DNA of 64,000 nt. It comes from Blepharisma stoltei ATCC 30299 (Eukaryota > Protista > Ciliophora). The notes under the pieces are model-generated. The model did no database searches and was not told the origin of the DNA. It saw only the letters and a program-made list of their open reading frames with translations. Location of the stretch: assembly GCA_965603825.1 (NCBI GenBank), contig CBFDEM010000053.1, positions 1-64,000 of the forward strand, in the 5' to 3' direction. Below, one piece after another: positions 12,438 through 24,623 of this stretch. Within the stretch, counting starts at the first letter, position 1, and each line of letters begins with the position of its first letter. A program made the position numbers and the translations under genes.

Positions 12438-15400
12438 ATGCTAAACGAATTCATAGTTCCTCTTATGGCTGCTCTTTGTATGGTTTCTGCTGCAAAACAG
12501 CTTTGCGATCAATTCTCATGCCCAGATTCCAGAGTAAAATTAAATTAGAAAGGTGACGGCAACTGCAATATTAATTGTATGAATGCTTTTTGTGGCTATG
12601 ACTCTGCTCTCTTTGGTACAGAATTCCAAAAAAATAGCTCAGACTGCTATTCAGACTGCATTTCAATTGACGGATGCGACCCAAAAATTCTTGGCGATGG
12701 AATTTGCCATGATACTTGCAACACGCAAAGCTGTGGCTTTGACTGAGGAGACTGTGGAAATTGTGGGTTCTCCTGCTTCATTGACTTGCAAGTCGGAAAT
12801 GAAAATAAAATTTGTGATCCAAACTGTGATTGTGCTTCCTGCTACTATGGACTAGGAGCTTGTAAAGAGTGCTCTATAGGATGCACTGCCGAAATGATGG
12901 GTAATGGAGTTTGCGACATTGAATGCCAAAATTCCCAATGCAATTTTGACTTAGGAGATTGCTTTAACACCACTTGTGCTTCAGGATGCTATCTATGAAT
13001 GATAGGAAACTTGATTTGCGAAGAAGCTTGTCGCGTAGAAGAGTGCAGCTATGACGAGTATGATTGCGATTGCTCTCCAGGCTGCTTTGAACACATGCTC
13101 GGAGACGGAAAGTGTGATGAAGTTTGCAACAACTGGAATTGCACGCTTGATAGTCACGATTGTGGAGCCTGCGCCAGTGGGTGCTATCCAGAAATGCTGG
13201 GCAATACTAAATGTGATACAGAATGCAACAACTACGACTGCTATTATGATTACCAAGATTGCCAATGCGCTGAAGGCTGCACATACTTAGACTATGGAAA
13301 GTGTAAGCCAGAATGTTTGGTCGCTTCATGCAATTATGATAAAGTTCTCCAATTCCAAGATCTATGATGTACAAACATTTCTCTGGCAATCTTTTCTTCA
13401 TACCAGCAGAATATTCGTAAAAATTATACATATGTCGCTCATTTGGAAGACTGCTACGCTGCATCAGAATACAAATGCACAATTGATAAAGCTTTTGATT
13501 TGATTAACTGCTACCCTGAGTGCGATATAATCGAGTGTAATTATGCAAATGGTAATTGCAACCATAATAATGCTCTAGATCTTGGGTGTGTTAGATTCTA
13601 TGGGGATGGTGATTTAGGCCAGTGCTTTGCGTGCACGAACTCTTTTGTAGGAGGCTACGTTTTATTAAATGGAGTTTGTGTTAATTATGAAGAGCATTCT
13701 TCCAAATGTTCCTTCAAATTCCCAGATAGCTCTTTCGTTCAATGGGAATATCGAGATACTACAAGCATAAGCAATCCTTATATTTACTTCGTAACTGCAA
13801 CTCCAAATGATCTATTATTCGTTGGCGATGGGACTTTTAATTGACCATTTCAGTACTTTTCATTTGCCTTGTCATCGAATAGTTATAACTACATTGTCAT
13901 TTACCTTTTAGATGATGGACACTATTCTAAATTGCATTCAGGAAGTTATAAAGATGTCCGTTATTGTCACTCTAATCGCGACTACTTCATACCAAAATAC
14001 TTGAAAATCGATTCTTGAACAGGCAAACCTGCTATTATTGAAAATTTGTGTTATCTATGAATAGAAATTAGCTATATATACATACAAAATCAACTTCTTG
14101 AGCTTTCAAATATTATTTTCGACGGGAGCTGCTCATTAGAAGGCTGTTCAGGACCATATTGCGATTACTGCCCCTTTATCATATATAAAGAAGGAATCAG
14201 TTTAAATGACAGAGGAGAAATAGTTAGCGATTTTATGCCCTCTAATTACTGTGAGGATGATCAAAGTTGGCCGTTCTTCCTTCTTATTGAAAATTCGAAT
14301 GCTTTTTTAACAAATGTTAGCTTTGTCAATTTTAGAAGCGGCTTGAGGGGTATTATAAGTTACTTTGATAATTCAAATATCACATTGAAAAATGTTACTT
14401 TTGATAATATCATTCTTTCACATAGTGAGGAATCAGCTGTAATTGTATGCGGTATTAAATATTTATTTTCTTATAGTGAATCTCCTTGCGGGAATTTTTC
14501 TTATAGTGAAGGGACTGTCTCGAGGATCGGCAATGGCTATGAACTTCTAGACCCCATAGATTTAAGAGGTTTTTTTTATATGGCTCGTGGAGGTTCTTTT
14601 TCAATGAAAAATATTGAATTTAGAAGTAATATAGTCCACCGAAAAGAATTCAATCTTGAAGTCGAAAGCGAACTTAGCACCGCATCATTGATCACTGGAA
14701 ATTTTTCAAAAGCTGTTGAGATAGATTCATGCACCTTTATTTATAATTACTGCGAGCTTGGCTTGATAAGCATTATATCGAATTTCTCTTCTGATCCTGT
14801 TCAAATAGACTATAAATTAGAAGTTAAGCAATCTAAAATAAACCAAGTACTAATAAAAAACTCTCGTTTTGAGTCAAATTATGGAAAAAACGTTGGAATC
14901 TTACTACTAGAGTTTTGAAATCAAAACCAAAACGTTCTAATTGAAAACTGCACCTTTGATTCTAATGGAGTGGAGAATGGCGCATTAATAGACATCCAGG
15001 GTGACTACGTAGATGAAGAGTATTTGAACGACAAATATTTGGACTATAAAGTGCCGTCAAATGGGGCTATTATCCAAGTGAAGTACGTTGCCAAGTGGCT
15101 AAAAATCGATGATGTGAAGTTTAATGATAATTACTGTGGAAATTATGGTTTATTAAGCATTGAAAGTATGGGCAATATAAACATGAACAATACATTAATG
15201 CAATCAAATGGACTAATTTCAGATGGCAGTAAAAACATAAATTCAATTTTTTTGGATTTCTATATTTCGGATCCAAACCTCTACCTCAAGCTTCAAATGA
15301 CAAACCCAGCAAGTTTAGACTGCAAGTTTCTATCCTCAATTTCTGATTCTATCAACCTTACAATATCGTCAACAAATGTCAAGAATAATCATTGTAAAAG

Positions 15401-18400
15401 CTCGACTCCTTCTATTATTGTTTCAAATACAGCAAATCCAGTCATCAATTCCTCTCATTTTAATAACAATTCTGGTCAAAGCAGCAATGGGGTTTGTTTA
15501 TTTTTCACAAAAGTCAGCTCAATATTTATTTATGGATCAGAGTTCACAAGAAATACGAACAATCTTTTGAGTAGCCCAGGAGTGATTAATGTTGACAGCA
15601 ATTGTTATCAGCTATCATTGATTAACTGCAGTTTTATTGAAAACAGCGCTGACTTAGGGAGTGCATTATATTTTTTAGGTCAGGTATTGTCAATTGAGTC
15701 TACTGCCTTCGATTCAAATATTTCTCCTTCACTTTCAAGAGGGGCTATCTATTACGCCTTAGCGAAATTTCAAACAGAATCCCATATAATTTCAATCTCG
15801 AACAGCAGATTTACCAAAAATATTGGCTCATTAGAAGGAGGAGCAATATACATTATATGAAAATTCTCTTCACAAAAGGTGCTGTCATTTTACATTCATG
15901 ATTCAGAGTTTAGCTTTAACAAAGCTGAATATGGGTCAGCAATTTACATTGATAGCACTCTTGCCTTATCAGGTGACTCCCTAATAGAAGGCTGCATATT
16001 TCAAGAAAACAAGGCGCGGGCTTCAGGCGTAATTTCAGTTTTTTATATTTATGGGATTCTGCTATTTGATAAATGTGAATTTTTGAAGAATTCAGGAAAC
16101 ACAGGTGCGGTACTTGATATCACAATAGGAGAAAGCAGCATAAGTTCTATGTCCAAAGTCATTCTAAAGTCTTGCAGCTTTAGGCTAAACGAAGGAAATG
16201 CAATAATTTTAATGCAAGACTCTAACACTTTTTCGCTCCTGGAAACACTTTACTGTGAATTCATCAGCAATGTAGGGGTCACGTTTTCTCTTGATTACGA
16301 CTCACTAAGTGATGTTGGCTCAACTATTAAGAACAGTTTCTCTGAATCTTCTGGAGCTGTTTTTGATCTTAGAAACCATGCGAAAATTCAATCTGAAGGC
16401 ATTTTTATATCCAACTGCACAACGCTAAAGAATGGAGGAGTCGTCTCGATGAGTTCAGATTCCGAATTTATTTGCAGATCGTGCTCCTTTATTAAAAATA
16501 ATGCTGGTCTGCTAGGAGGAGTTATATATGCTGCTTCTAATTCTTATTTTGTTATACAGGATTCAATTTTTAAGCAAAATTCTTGCTCAAGCCAAGGGGC
16601 AGTTTTTTATTTAGTTAGTTTAGTAGCATCTTCTTCAGTCATCAGAAGGAGTGAAATTGAAGAAAACTATTCATTAGCTGGTGGAATCATTTCTTTGTTG
16701 TCTGCAAGAATAACTATTGATTCTACTACAATTTTCAATAATGCGCCGAATAAAGGTGGAGCAGAACTTTATCTAAGCAATTCGGTAGCTACAATAGCCA
16801 ATACAACTTTTTCAGATCATTTTGGCAGTCAAGGGCACTTTATTAGCATAAACACCTATAGCCAAGCACTAATTCAGGATTCCTTTATCTTGAATGGAAA
16901 ATCTGCCTCCTCTGGTATAGCAATATCTATTACTGGAGGAACAGCCATAATTTCTAACACAGCCTTTCTAAATCTGAGTTCAAGCGATGGAGGTATCATA
17001 AGCTTAGATGCAGGGAGTCTACTTAGACTCGACAATTGCTCAGTATCTGCAGGTCCTTGCTCAGCTATTGATGCAACTAATTGCGATTTATTTGTACAAG
17101 ACACTGCATTTCAGGATTATTCTGAAACTGCAATACGTGGCCGCGAATTAAATTCTTTGCAGATCTCAGATTCTGTATTTTCTGGAGGGCGTGGTCAAAA
17201 TGGAGGGGCCATTTATTGTTTAAGATGCAAAGAAGTTGCTATTCAATCATGCTTATTTGAAAATCACACCTCTGAAAAAGGAGGAGCCGTTTATTTTGCC
17301 ACTGATACTGATTTCTCTATTGATAACCAGCATTTTATATTGCAAAGCACATTTAAAAATAATACATCGAGTATAGGAGGAGCAGTATGAGCAGATAGCA
17401 TAAATCTGGAGATTTATCGGTCAACCTTCGCTAATAATTCTGCTGTTTCTTTAGAACTTAATGCTACTGAGCAAGGTGTTACAGATGGAACTGGAGGTGC
17501 AGTCAACTTTAATTGTAAAAATTTGGGCGCCTGCTCTTTTAATGTATCTTTCTGCTCTTTTTACTGAAATAGAGCTACATATAATGGAGGTGCAATCAAT
17601 TGAAACTATGCAAAATATATATTTAATGAAAATACATTTATAAGCAATTTTGCGGAATACGGGGATGATATGAGCTCTTTTCCTGTTGCTATGGAGTATG
17701 TAAATGAAAACAGCACAATTGAAGGTAATGCTGGCACCAGGGAGCTTACTGCCGGCTTGACTTTAAACAATATTGCCTCAGGCCAAGAAAATAAATTTCC
17801 AATAGCTTTTGCCTTAGTAGATCACTTAAATCAAGTTATCAAGACTGACAATATAAGCCAAGCTCAGCTACAAGTTGTAAACCCATCTTCCACTCTTATT
17901 TCTGGCTTAACAATTGTTTATGCAGTAAAGGGAGTATTCAATTTCACTGGCTACACAATCACCTCAGAGCCGGGGTCTTCGTCTCAAATTAGAGTTTACA
18001 CTTCAGCAATCCAAGAAATAAAACTAGGCCCAAACAGCAGCATTGAGTACTCCCCTAGCTTCTTCATTGATGTCAATCTTAGGCTCTGCCAACTTGGAGA
18101 AGCCACTGTCAATGGGACCTGCTATTATTGTAAGAAGCCTTACTACAGTTTGAATCCGAACAACACTGCATGCTTACGTTGTCCTTCATCAGCCATTTGC
18201 TACGACAATTACACAATGGTTCCGAAGAAAGGATATTGAAGAAATAGCATGATGACGAGTAAATTCTGAAAGTGCCCATACTCAGAAGCTTGCCTGGGCT
18301 CTCCAGATATTCACAATTTGTCTTATACAGGAGTTTGCAAGGAGGGCTATAAAGGGAATATGTGTCAGTCTTGTAAAGATAATTACTCAAGACTATATAA

Positions 18401-19733
18401 GAATGAATGCATAAAATGCCCTGGGATCGCTAACAATGTATTTAGACTGCTTGGTTTCCTTGCTTTTATTATTGCTATTCTGATTATAATGATCAAAACT
18501 GCAAGAAATTCTGTGTACAGATCACAAGCTTTTACTTCAGTCTATATTAGGATATTCTGAAATTTCTTGCAGGTGCTGGTGATAATAACAACTTTCAATT
18601 TAAACTGGCCCAATGAAGTAATAGAGTTTTTTCATATAAATGATATTCTTGATTATGCTGGGCAGCTCTTATACTCTTTAGAATGCTTTTTGCAGCTCTC
18701 GGTATCTCGAGATGCTGTATACTTTAAAAGAATTGTTATCTCATCTGCAATGCCTTTTTGCCTCGGGATTTTCTGCTTTACTGGCTGATTTCTTTGAAAG
18801 ATCAGGACTAAGAGATTTCATTATATCATGGACGACTTTATATCGACTGCTGTCGTCATGATATTCTTAATCCATCCGAGCTTGATGCATGACCTATTTA
18901 GCATTTATAGCTGCAAAGAAATAAATCCAGGAGAATTTTGGCTTAACGTGGAGCTTGATATAAGATGTTGAACTCCCGAGCATTCTTTTTATGCTTTTAT
19001 CATAGCAATGCCAGCAATAGTAATATGAGGAATCGCAGTGCCTGCCTTATGCCTTATTAATTTAGTCAGAAATTGAGAGAAGCTTGACGAAGTGTGAATA
19101 AAGTTGCGCTATGGATTTCTTTTCAATGGCTATAAATCAAATTACTATTACTGAGAGTTTGTGCTCGTCTATTCAAAAATCATTTTAGTAGCTTTTTCTG
19201 TTTTTTTATCAAACGTATCAATAGCTGTTCAAGCTATTGCTGTAGCCATCTTATTATTTATATTTCTGCAAACCCAATACATAAACGAGCCATTTATTTT
19301 GCAGACTTTTAATAGAATGGAGTTTATATCAAAATGCATCTCACTACTTACTATATTTTCAGGTCTTTTCTTTTTAACAGGAGCTTTAAACTATGCTGGG
19401 AAAATTTTCCTTCTTGTGCTTTTGCTGCTATCAAACATAATCTTTTTTCTCTGATGTCTTTATAAATCCTCTCTTGAAGCTTTTAAAATTATAAAAATTT
19501 TAATTCTGGTCCTCAAACGAGGCAGAGTAGAGATAGGAATTGAGGAAAATTATGAGTCAAATATAGACTCTTCCAGCATAGAAAATTCTAAAATTCAAGA
19601 TCAAAGCTATTATCTCGTGCCAAATCAAACCAGAATAGGTACTAATACAGAAAACTTCGGCAAATCTTTAAATGATCAGGATAGCGTTGATTGCGAAAAA
19701 GATCCATTTCCTTCAGAAGCAGGCAGTATGTAA
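12438..19733 (+). CDS. ~2426-aa paralogue of 4681-11832 (signal peptide, LNR repeats, beta-helix, Cys-rich, multi-pass TM)
   Basis: ATG 12438 (MLNEFIVPLMAALCMVSAA). Track ORFs 12786-19161 share one frame and are joined by about 20 TGA=Trp codons. Intron at 12534-12548; TAA at 19731-19733. Collinear with the upstream paralogue (ASGQ..K, G.FNF..YTI..EP, EIN.GEFWL). Confidence 0.9.
12534..12548 (+). other. 15-nt intron GTAAAATTAAATTAG
   Basis: GTAA...TAG with A at -6 and an in-frame TAG. Same position as the intron in the upstream paralogue (just before K/R-GDG). Confidence 0.9.
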
Positions 19734-19789
19734 TTTGATTTTGAATTTAATTATAAATAATTAGTATAGAGTAAAGAAAAGTGGCTTGC

Positions 19790-21151
19790 TTATGTGAATA
19801 CTCCTTCATTTTTATTTTCTTCTATTTTTTCAGTCAACGAGCACATAAATTCTAATAAAATTCATTTTTCGAGCCAAAACCTTTCATGCTCTTTAGCATC
19901 TAATGACATTAGTCTAACATCTAAGTCAATCATAAAAGCGGCGAACCCCGATATAAAATCTATTAATAACTCATTGAGCTGATATCTCCTTTAAAAAACT
20001 TTTGCATATTGAATTTAGGAAAAATTATCTGCATTCAAGCATTTTTTTAAATGCACTTTAGTTCCTAATGGCAATTTTATGGCAAAACAAATCATAAATC
20101 TATAATATACTCATAGACACGCTATGGGATAAACTTATAAATCTAATTTATTGCTATTGAATGCAAATGGACTTATAAATAATATTTTGATTAGTTTTAA
20201 ATAGCAGTAGCCAACTTAGAGTTATTAGCACTAAGCTGATGATATGTAAATGGGCTTTAATACATAGTAAACAATAAAATAAACTCTAATTTTAGAGCTA
20301 TATTGTGTAGTCGCTATATTGATATTGAAAAGTTGGATTAATTATCATGCTTTTCTATGGTGAGAACTTATAAATAAGAATTTAAGCTTGTGTGAGCATG
20401 ATTATTATTTTATTAAATATCTATTTATATCGCTCTGGGAACCTTGTAGAAAGAAACAGTATGCAGTGAGAAATCTAAGCAATATATATACTTTTGGGCA
20501 TGCAACGGGATAATTAATAATTCTAGTTTAACAAAATTTTAAAAGATTGCTTTTCTGCTTCTTTAAAGCTATTAACTTTTATAGAATTACAATTTATAAG
20601 CTTAGAATGGCAACACTGCAGCGGCTCATGGCAGAACTGAATGATTTGCAAGAAAAATCTCATAATAATAAAATGGTAGCAAGGAAGTAGCTTCTCCATT
20701 ACCGCTTTCTCCTCTGCGATATTTATAATTAATACGTTGAAAATAACGATTATATGCTTTATGGAGTGATCTGTCATAAATCTTCTGGGTGCTATTCTGC
20801 TTTTACTTATTGTGAATCTGGAAGTTCCTGAATTGAGTATAGTTGATCAAAGGTATCACCTGTTGGTCTGCCTGATTTTAGCTATGTTTGCATGCTTTTC
20901 TATAAAAATAAAAACTATTTAGAAAATAATAAATCTCAGTTTGTGGCTTTAAAATGGCTTATTATTTGTTCATCATTTGAAGCTCACAGGTCTATCTCCA
21001 GTCTCACTGATTTTTGTGCTTATAGGATATTTTCAAGATATCTGCTAATTTTTTTAGCATTATCCTTGATTTCTTTTAAAATTTGTTGATGGATATTTTT
21101 ATAGATGTGAAGAGTTTGAGAAAGTGATTTGGACTAAATAAGTTTAGCCAT
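19790..21151 (-). pseudogene. Decayed protein-coding relic, possibly coiled-coil + Kelch-like
   Basis: The minus strand from ATG 21151 reads protein-like (SKSLSQTLHIYKNIHQQILKEIKDNAKKISRYLENIL...; ...ELLIDFISGFAAFMIDLDVRLMSLDAKEHERFWLEKWILLEF...GVFT*) but contains many TAA/TAG stops and frameshifts. Confidence 0.4.
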
Positions 21152-22576
21152 TGTATTGTACAGAAAATTCGATTCTCTGAAGGAAATTTAAGATTTCCTC
21201 CATCTCCTCCTACCCTCCTCATCTCTCAAAAGAAAAGCATGCTGAGGCTGATTATAACTGGATTTTTACGAAAAATGCTCATAAATTAAAGGTAGTTTTG
21301 GGCTTTTCTATTCACAACTCTAAAACCCTATCATGATAATTATATTTTGAGATCTTAGCTAAAATATGTTTCATTTAAATTTGTATAGTTTTGAGAAAAG
21401 GAAACGATAATATAATAATGTGAAAGAATAGCCTTTTCTAGTATATTTTGCTTGTTTCATCTCTTTAAGAGTGAGCAAAATAGCTTTTCTTGGTACTTCA
21501 TTTGTAAGGACTTGAGCTAATTAATCGGTTTAATTAATTTTATTAAAATCAGATTAAAACATAAACAAAGTCAAAATATTTATGAAATCCTATAATAGCA
21601 ATATTATCACACCATATTATAAATTAATCTGTTTCAACTTACTATAAATTTGCTCTATCGTATTTATATCGAACTTCTTCTAGCTCTACTTATAGACAAT
21701 TTTTTGTAAAAAATTAAGAATTTATTAGAAACTACTGATATCATCGACTTAGAAAGAATTAAAAATAGAGAAAAGCCTAGATTTAGAGAAAATTAAGGAA
21801 GTTCATTGAAACGGGTTGACAAATTGATAATAAACTTAATTTTTAATTTAATACTCGTTACAAATAAGGGATTAAAATTCTTATGAGCAGTCTCTTTGTG
21901 CTTCCGTAAGTTTTTTTTTTTCAGTTATAAGTTATTGAAAATTAAAAATAATATTAATATTAAAAAATAACAGTGAAAAAAGTTCAAAACTACAAAGTGA
22001 AGTTCTAAAAAACATAAAGGTCATTCTCGCCCAAAAAAAGGTAGAAAAAACATGACAGGAAAAAATATAGATTTCAGAAGCAAATATAGCAATGCTCTAA
22101 TTTTCTACAGATAAATGCAAAAATAGTATAGCGTATATGCTAGAAAAAGTTAAAACGTCTAAATAATGCATAATTTCCTAAAACTTTAACATTTTTGCTG
22201 TTATAAAATTTTCTTCATGTTTCTTTTTATAATTTAAATAATTACATTTTTCCTAAATAAATAATTTCATAGAAAATAAGACTTTATTAGTTCTTTAATT
22301 TCCTCATCATAGTAGCTTTCTTTAATAATGTAATGCTTTATATCAAATATTCAATAGGCGTTGAATCTTTCCAATCTTAAAATTCCCATTCATAACAGTT
22401 GTGATCAACGAAAGTAAATCTTTACAAAATACTATTCTTTCAGATTGTGATTATTAGCAAAGAAAAGCATCAGCGAGTTTTCCCGAAGAATACTGGGAGA
22501 TAAATCATAATTTCCAGTTTCTATAGCAATTAATGCAGCTTGCAAATTTAACGATTCGATTTCTTTTGTAATAAAT

Positions 22577-23632
22577 ATGAACAATAAGAGCTTAAAAGGG
22601 CTAGAAAACTTAAAAGATCCGTTAAGTTTGCTTAATTATCAAATGAACACTATTCCTAATGATCTCAACAGCATACTCAAAAAAACAGAAAACGCTTTAA
22701 ACGTTATAGACTACTTAAAAAATACAAAAGCTGAGATTTTGAGTAGAGCAAACAACCCTGAATTAGAGAAAGATTTCAGAGCAACTTGTTCAGCATATCA
22801 GAGCAATTCCAGTATTTGTGATCCACCACTAATGCAAGCTTACCAAGATTATCTTAATGCCTATAGACAAAAAACATCCCTTTATACTCTTAAAATAGAT
22901 TATGACGACATAACTAATTTGATTATTTATGACACTGAAACTGAAACTAAAGAAGCCAAAATCTTAGATACTCCAGAAAGCCTAGGCCCTAGTACTTGCA
23001 TAACTCAGCTTTCAAATGGCAAGCTATTCTGTTTTGGTAATTGTCCAGCTTCTGGATTTGCAGCGATAATTGATGTAGATGGCAGAGTCGAATTGCTACC
23101 ATCTGGAACTCCTTGTCATGACTCATCATACATCTATTTCAACAACAGCGTCTATTGTTTTGGAGGATTTAATGATAAATATTTAACTCTATCTAGTAGA
23201 TTTGATTTGGATCAAAATCGATGAATTCAACTAGCTCCAATGCCAGATGCTGATAGCTGATTCAATAGTATAATATTTAATGGAAATATTTTGATTTCTG
23301 GAAGTTCGAATAGAAAACTTTTGCTATACTCAATTGATATTGACTCTTTCTCCTCATTTCCTTACGAATTTGCAGAATTGAAAAGAAAGATCCTGATAAA
23401 TGCAGAGAAGCTTTATTTGATTGAATGCGGTCGTAATGGATCAATCTATGAAAGAGAAAGTGAATATGAAATGAATTGGAGACGAATAGCAAATTCAACA
23501 ATTAATTATATCCCCGATCAAGTACAATACTCATATAATAAAGGGGGAATATATATTGGCTGCGTATCGTTTTCTTTTCTTTATATCTACAAGTTCGATT
23601 TGAATAAAAAATTAATGAGCGAGCAACTTTAA
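22577..23632 (+). CDS. Kelch-like beta-propeller protein (~351 aa), N-terminus possibly truncated
   Basis: ORFs 22577 and 23291 are in frame and joined by two TGA=Trp. Motifs LSNGKLFCFG and YFNNSVYCFGG...RFDLDQNRWIQLAPMP. Upstream in-frame sequence looks coding but contains a TAA. Confidence 0.75.
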
Positions 23633-24623
23633 AATATTATTTTTATTAATAGAGATTGTTTTAATGTTTTTTATAGCTCTTTAATCTAACAGCTTGAAAG
23701 CTAAAAGCTTTTGCCAATATGATTTATTTTATAAAAATATATAAGGTTTGTAATTATGAGGGCTGAATAAATCTCAAGCTTTCTAGTCTTTTTCAAAATA
23801 TTTTATAACTTGCTTATGAAATTAAAACCTTAGATAATTCTTCATTTACAATTGATCAAAATTCATTTATCTATTTAAAAGTGATTGTGAGCCATTAGCT
23901 AATGGTTTGCCAAAGTACTCTTGAAGAGAACTTATATATTATTAAATTCTATAGTCAGTAAATCTCTAGCTAAAGTTATTTATTTTATTAATTAAACAAT
24001 TGATCCATTAATAGTTACCACATCTATCAGTAAATATATTGCTGTAAAGCACGCTTTTGGTATTGAAAATGCACCGATCAAGCAATTTAGTCTATTTATC
24101 ATATAAGTAAATTTTGCGATATTTTAAGATTCTGATTCAGCTTTTACAACTACTAAACTGTGACGCGACCAATATAAGTATGCTCTTTAAAAAGAATTTT
24201 CGATAATTTTATTTTAATTGCTATGCAAATAGTAAGAATCCCTATCGTTGATAAATAAATTTTATTTAAAATTTTCCTTTTATTCAATAACTTGGCGGAA
24301 ATTTTCAAAGCTAATAGTTGTCTCACTTTAGTTATTATAATTAGATAAGCCATATTAAAACTAAATGCGAAAATTAGCTATAAATATTGCGTTACGAATT
24401 AAATACTTTTTGATGTAAGAATAATTCAGACGTAAATAATTTTTTTATTCCAAATTACACAAATTAAAGCCTTACCCTTCCCGAATCCTCCTTTTCTGGA
24501 CCACTCATGCTTTAGAGAATGCTTTCTGCAGATATTAAAATAATGCACAGATGTGTCACCACTTGAGTGTGCATGCCTTGGCAATAATCAATAATTTTTA
24601 ATTGTCAATCACATTATAATTAA

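Noticed and set aside
19790-21151. Relic read with TAA/TAG=Gln as DNA from a ciliate with a different code
   Set aside because: Frameshifts are also present, so ordinary pseudogene decay is sufficient.
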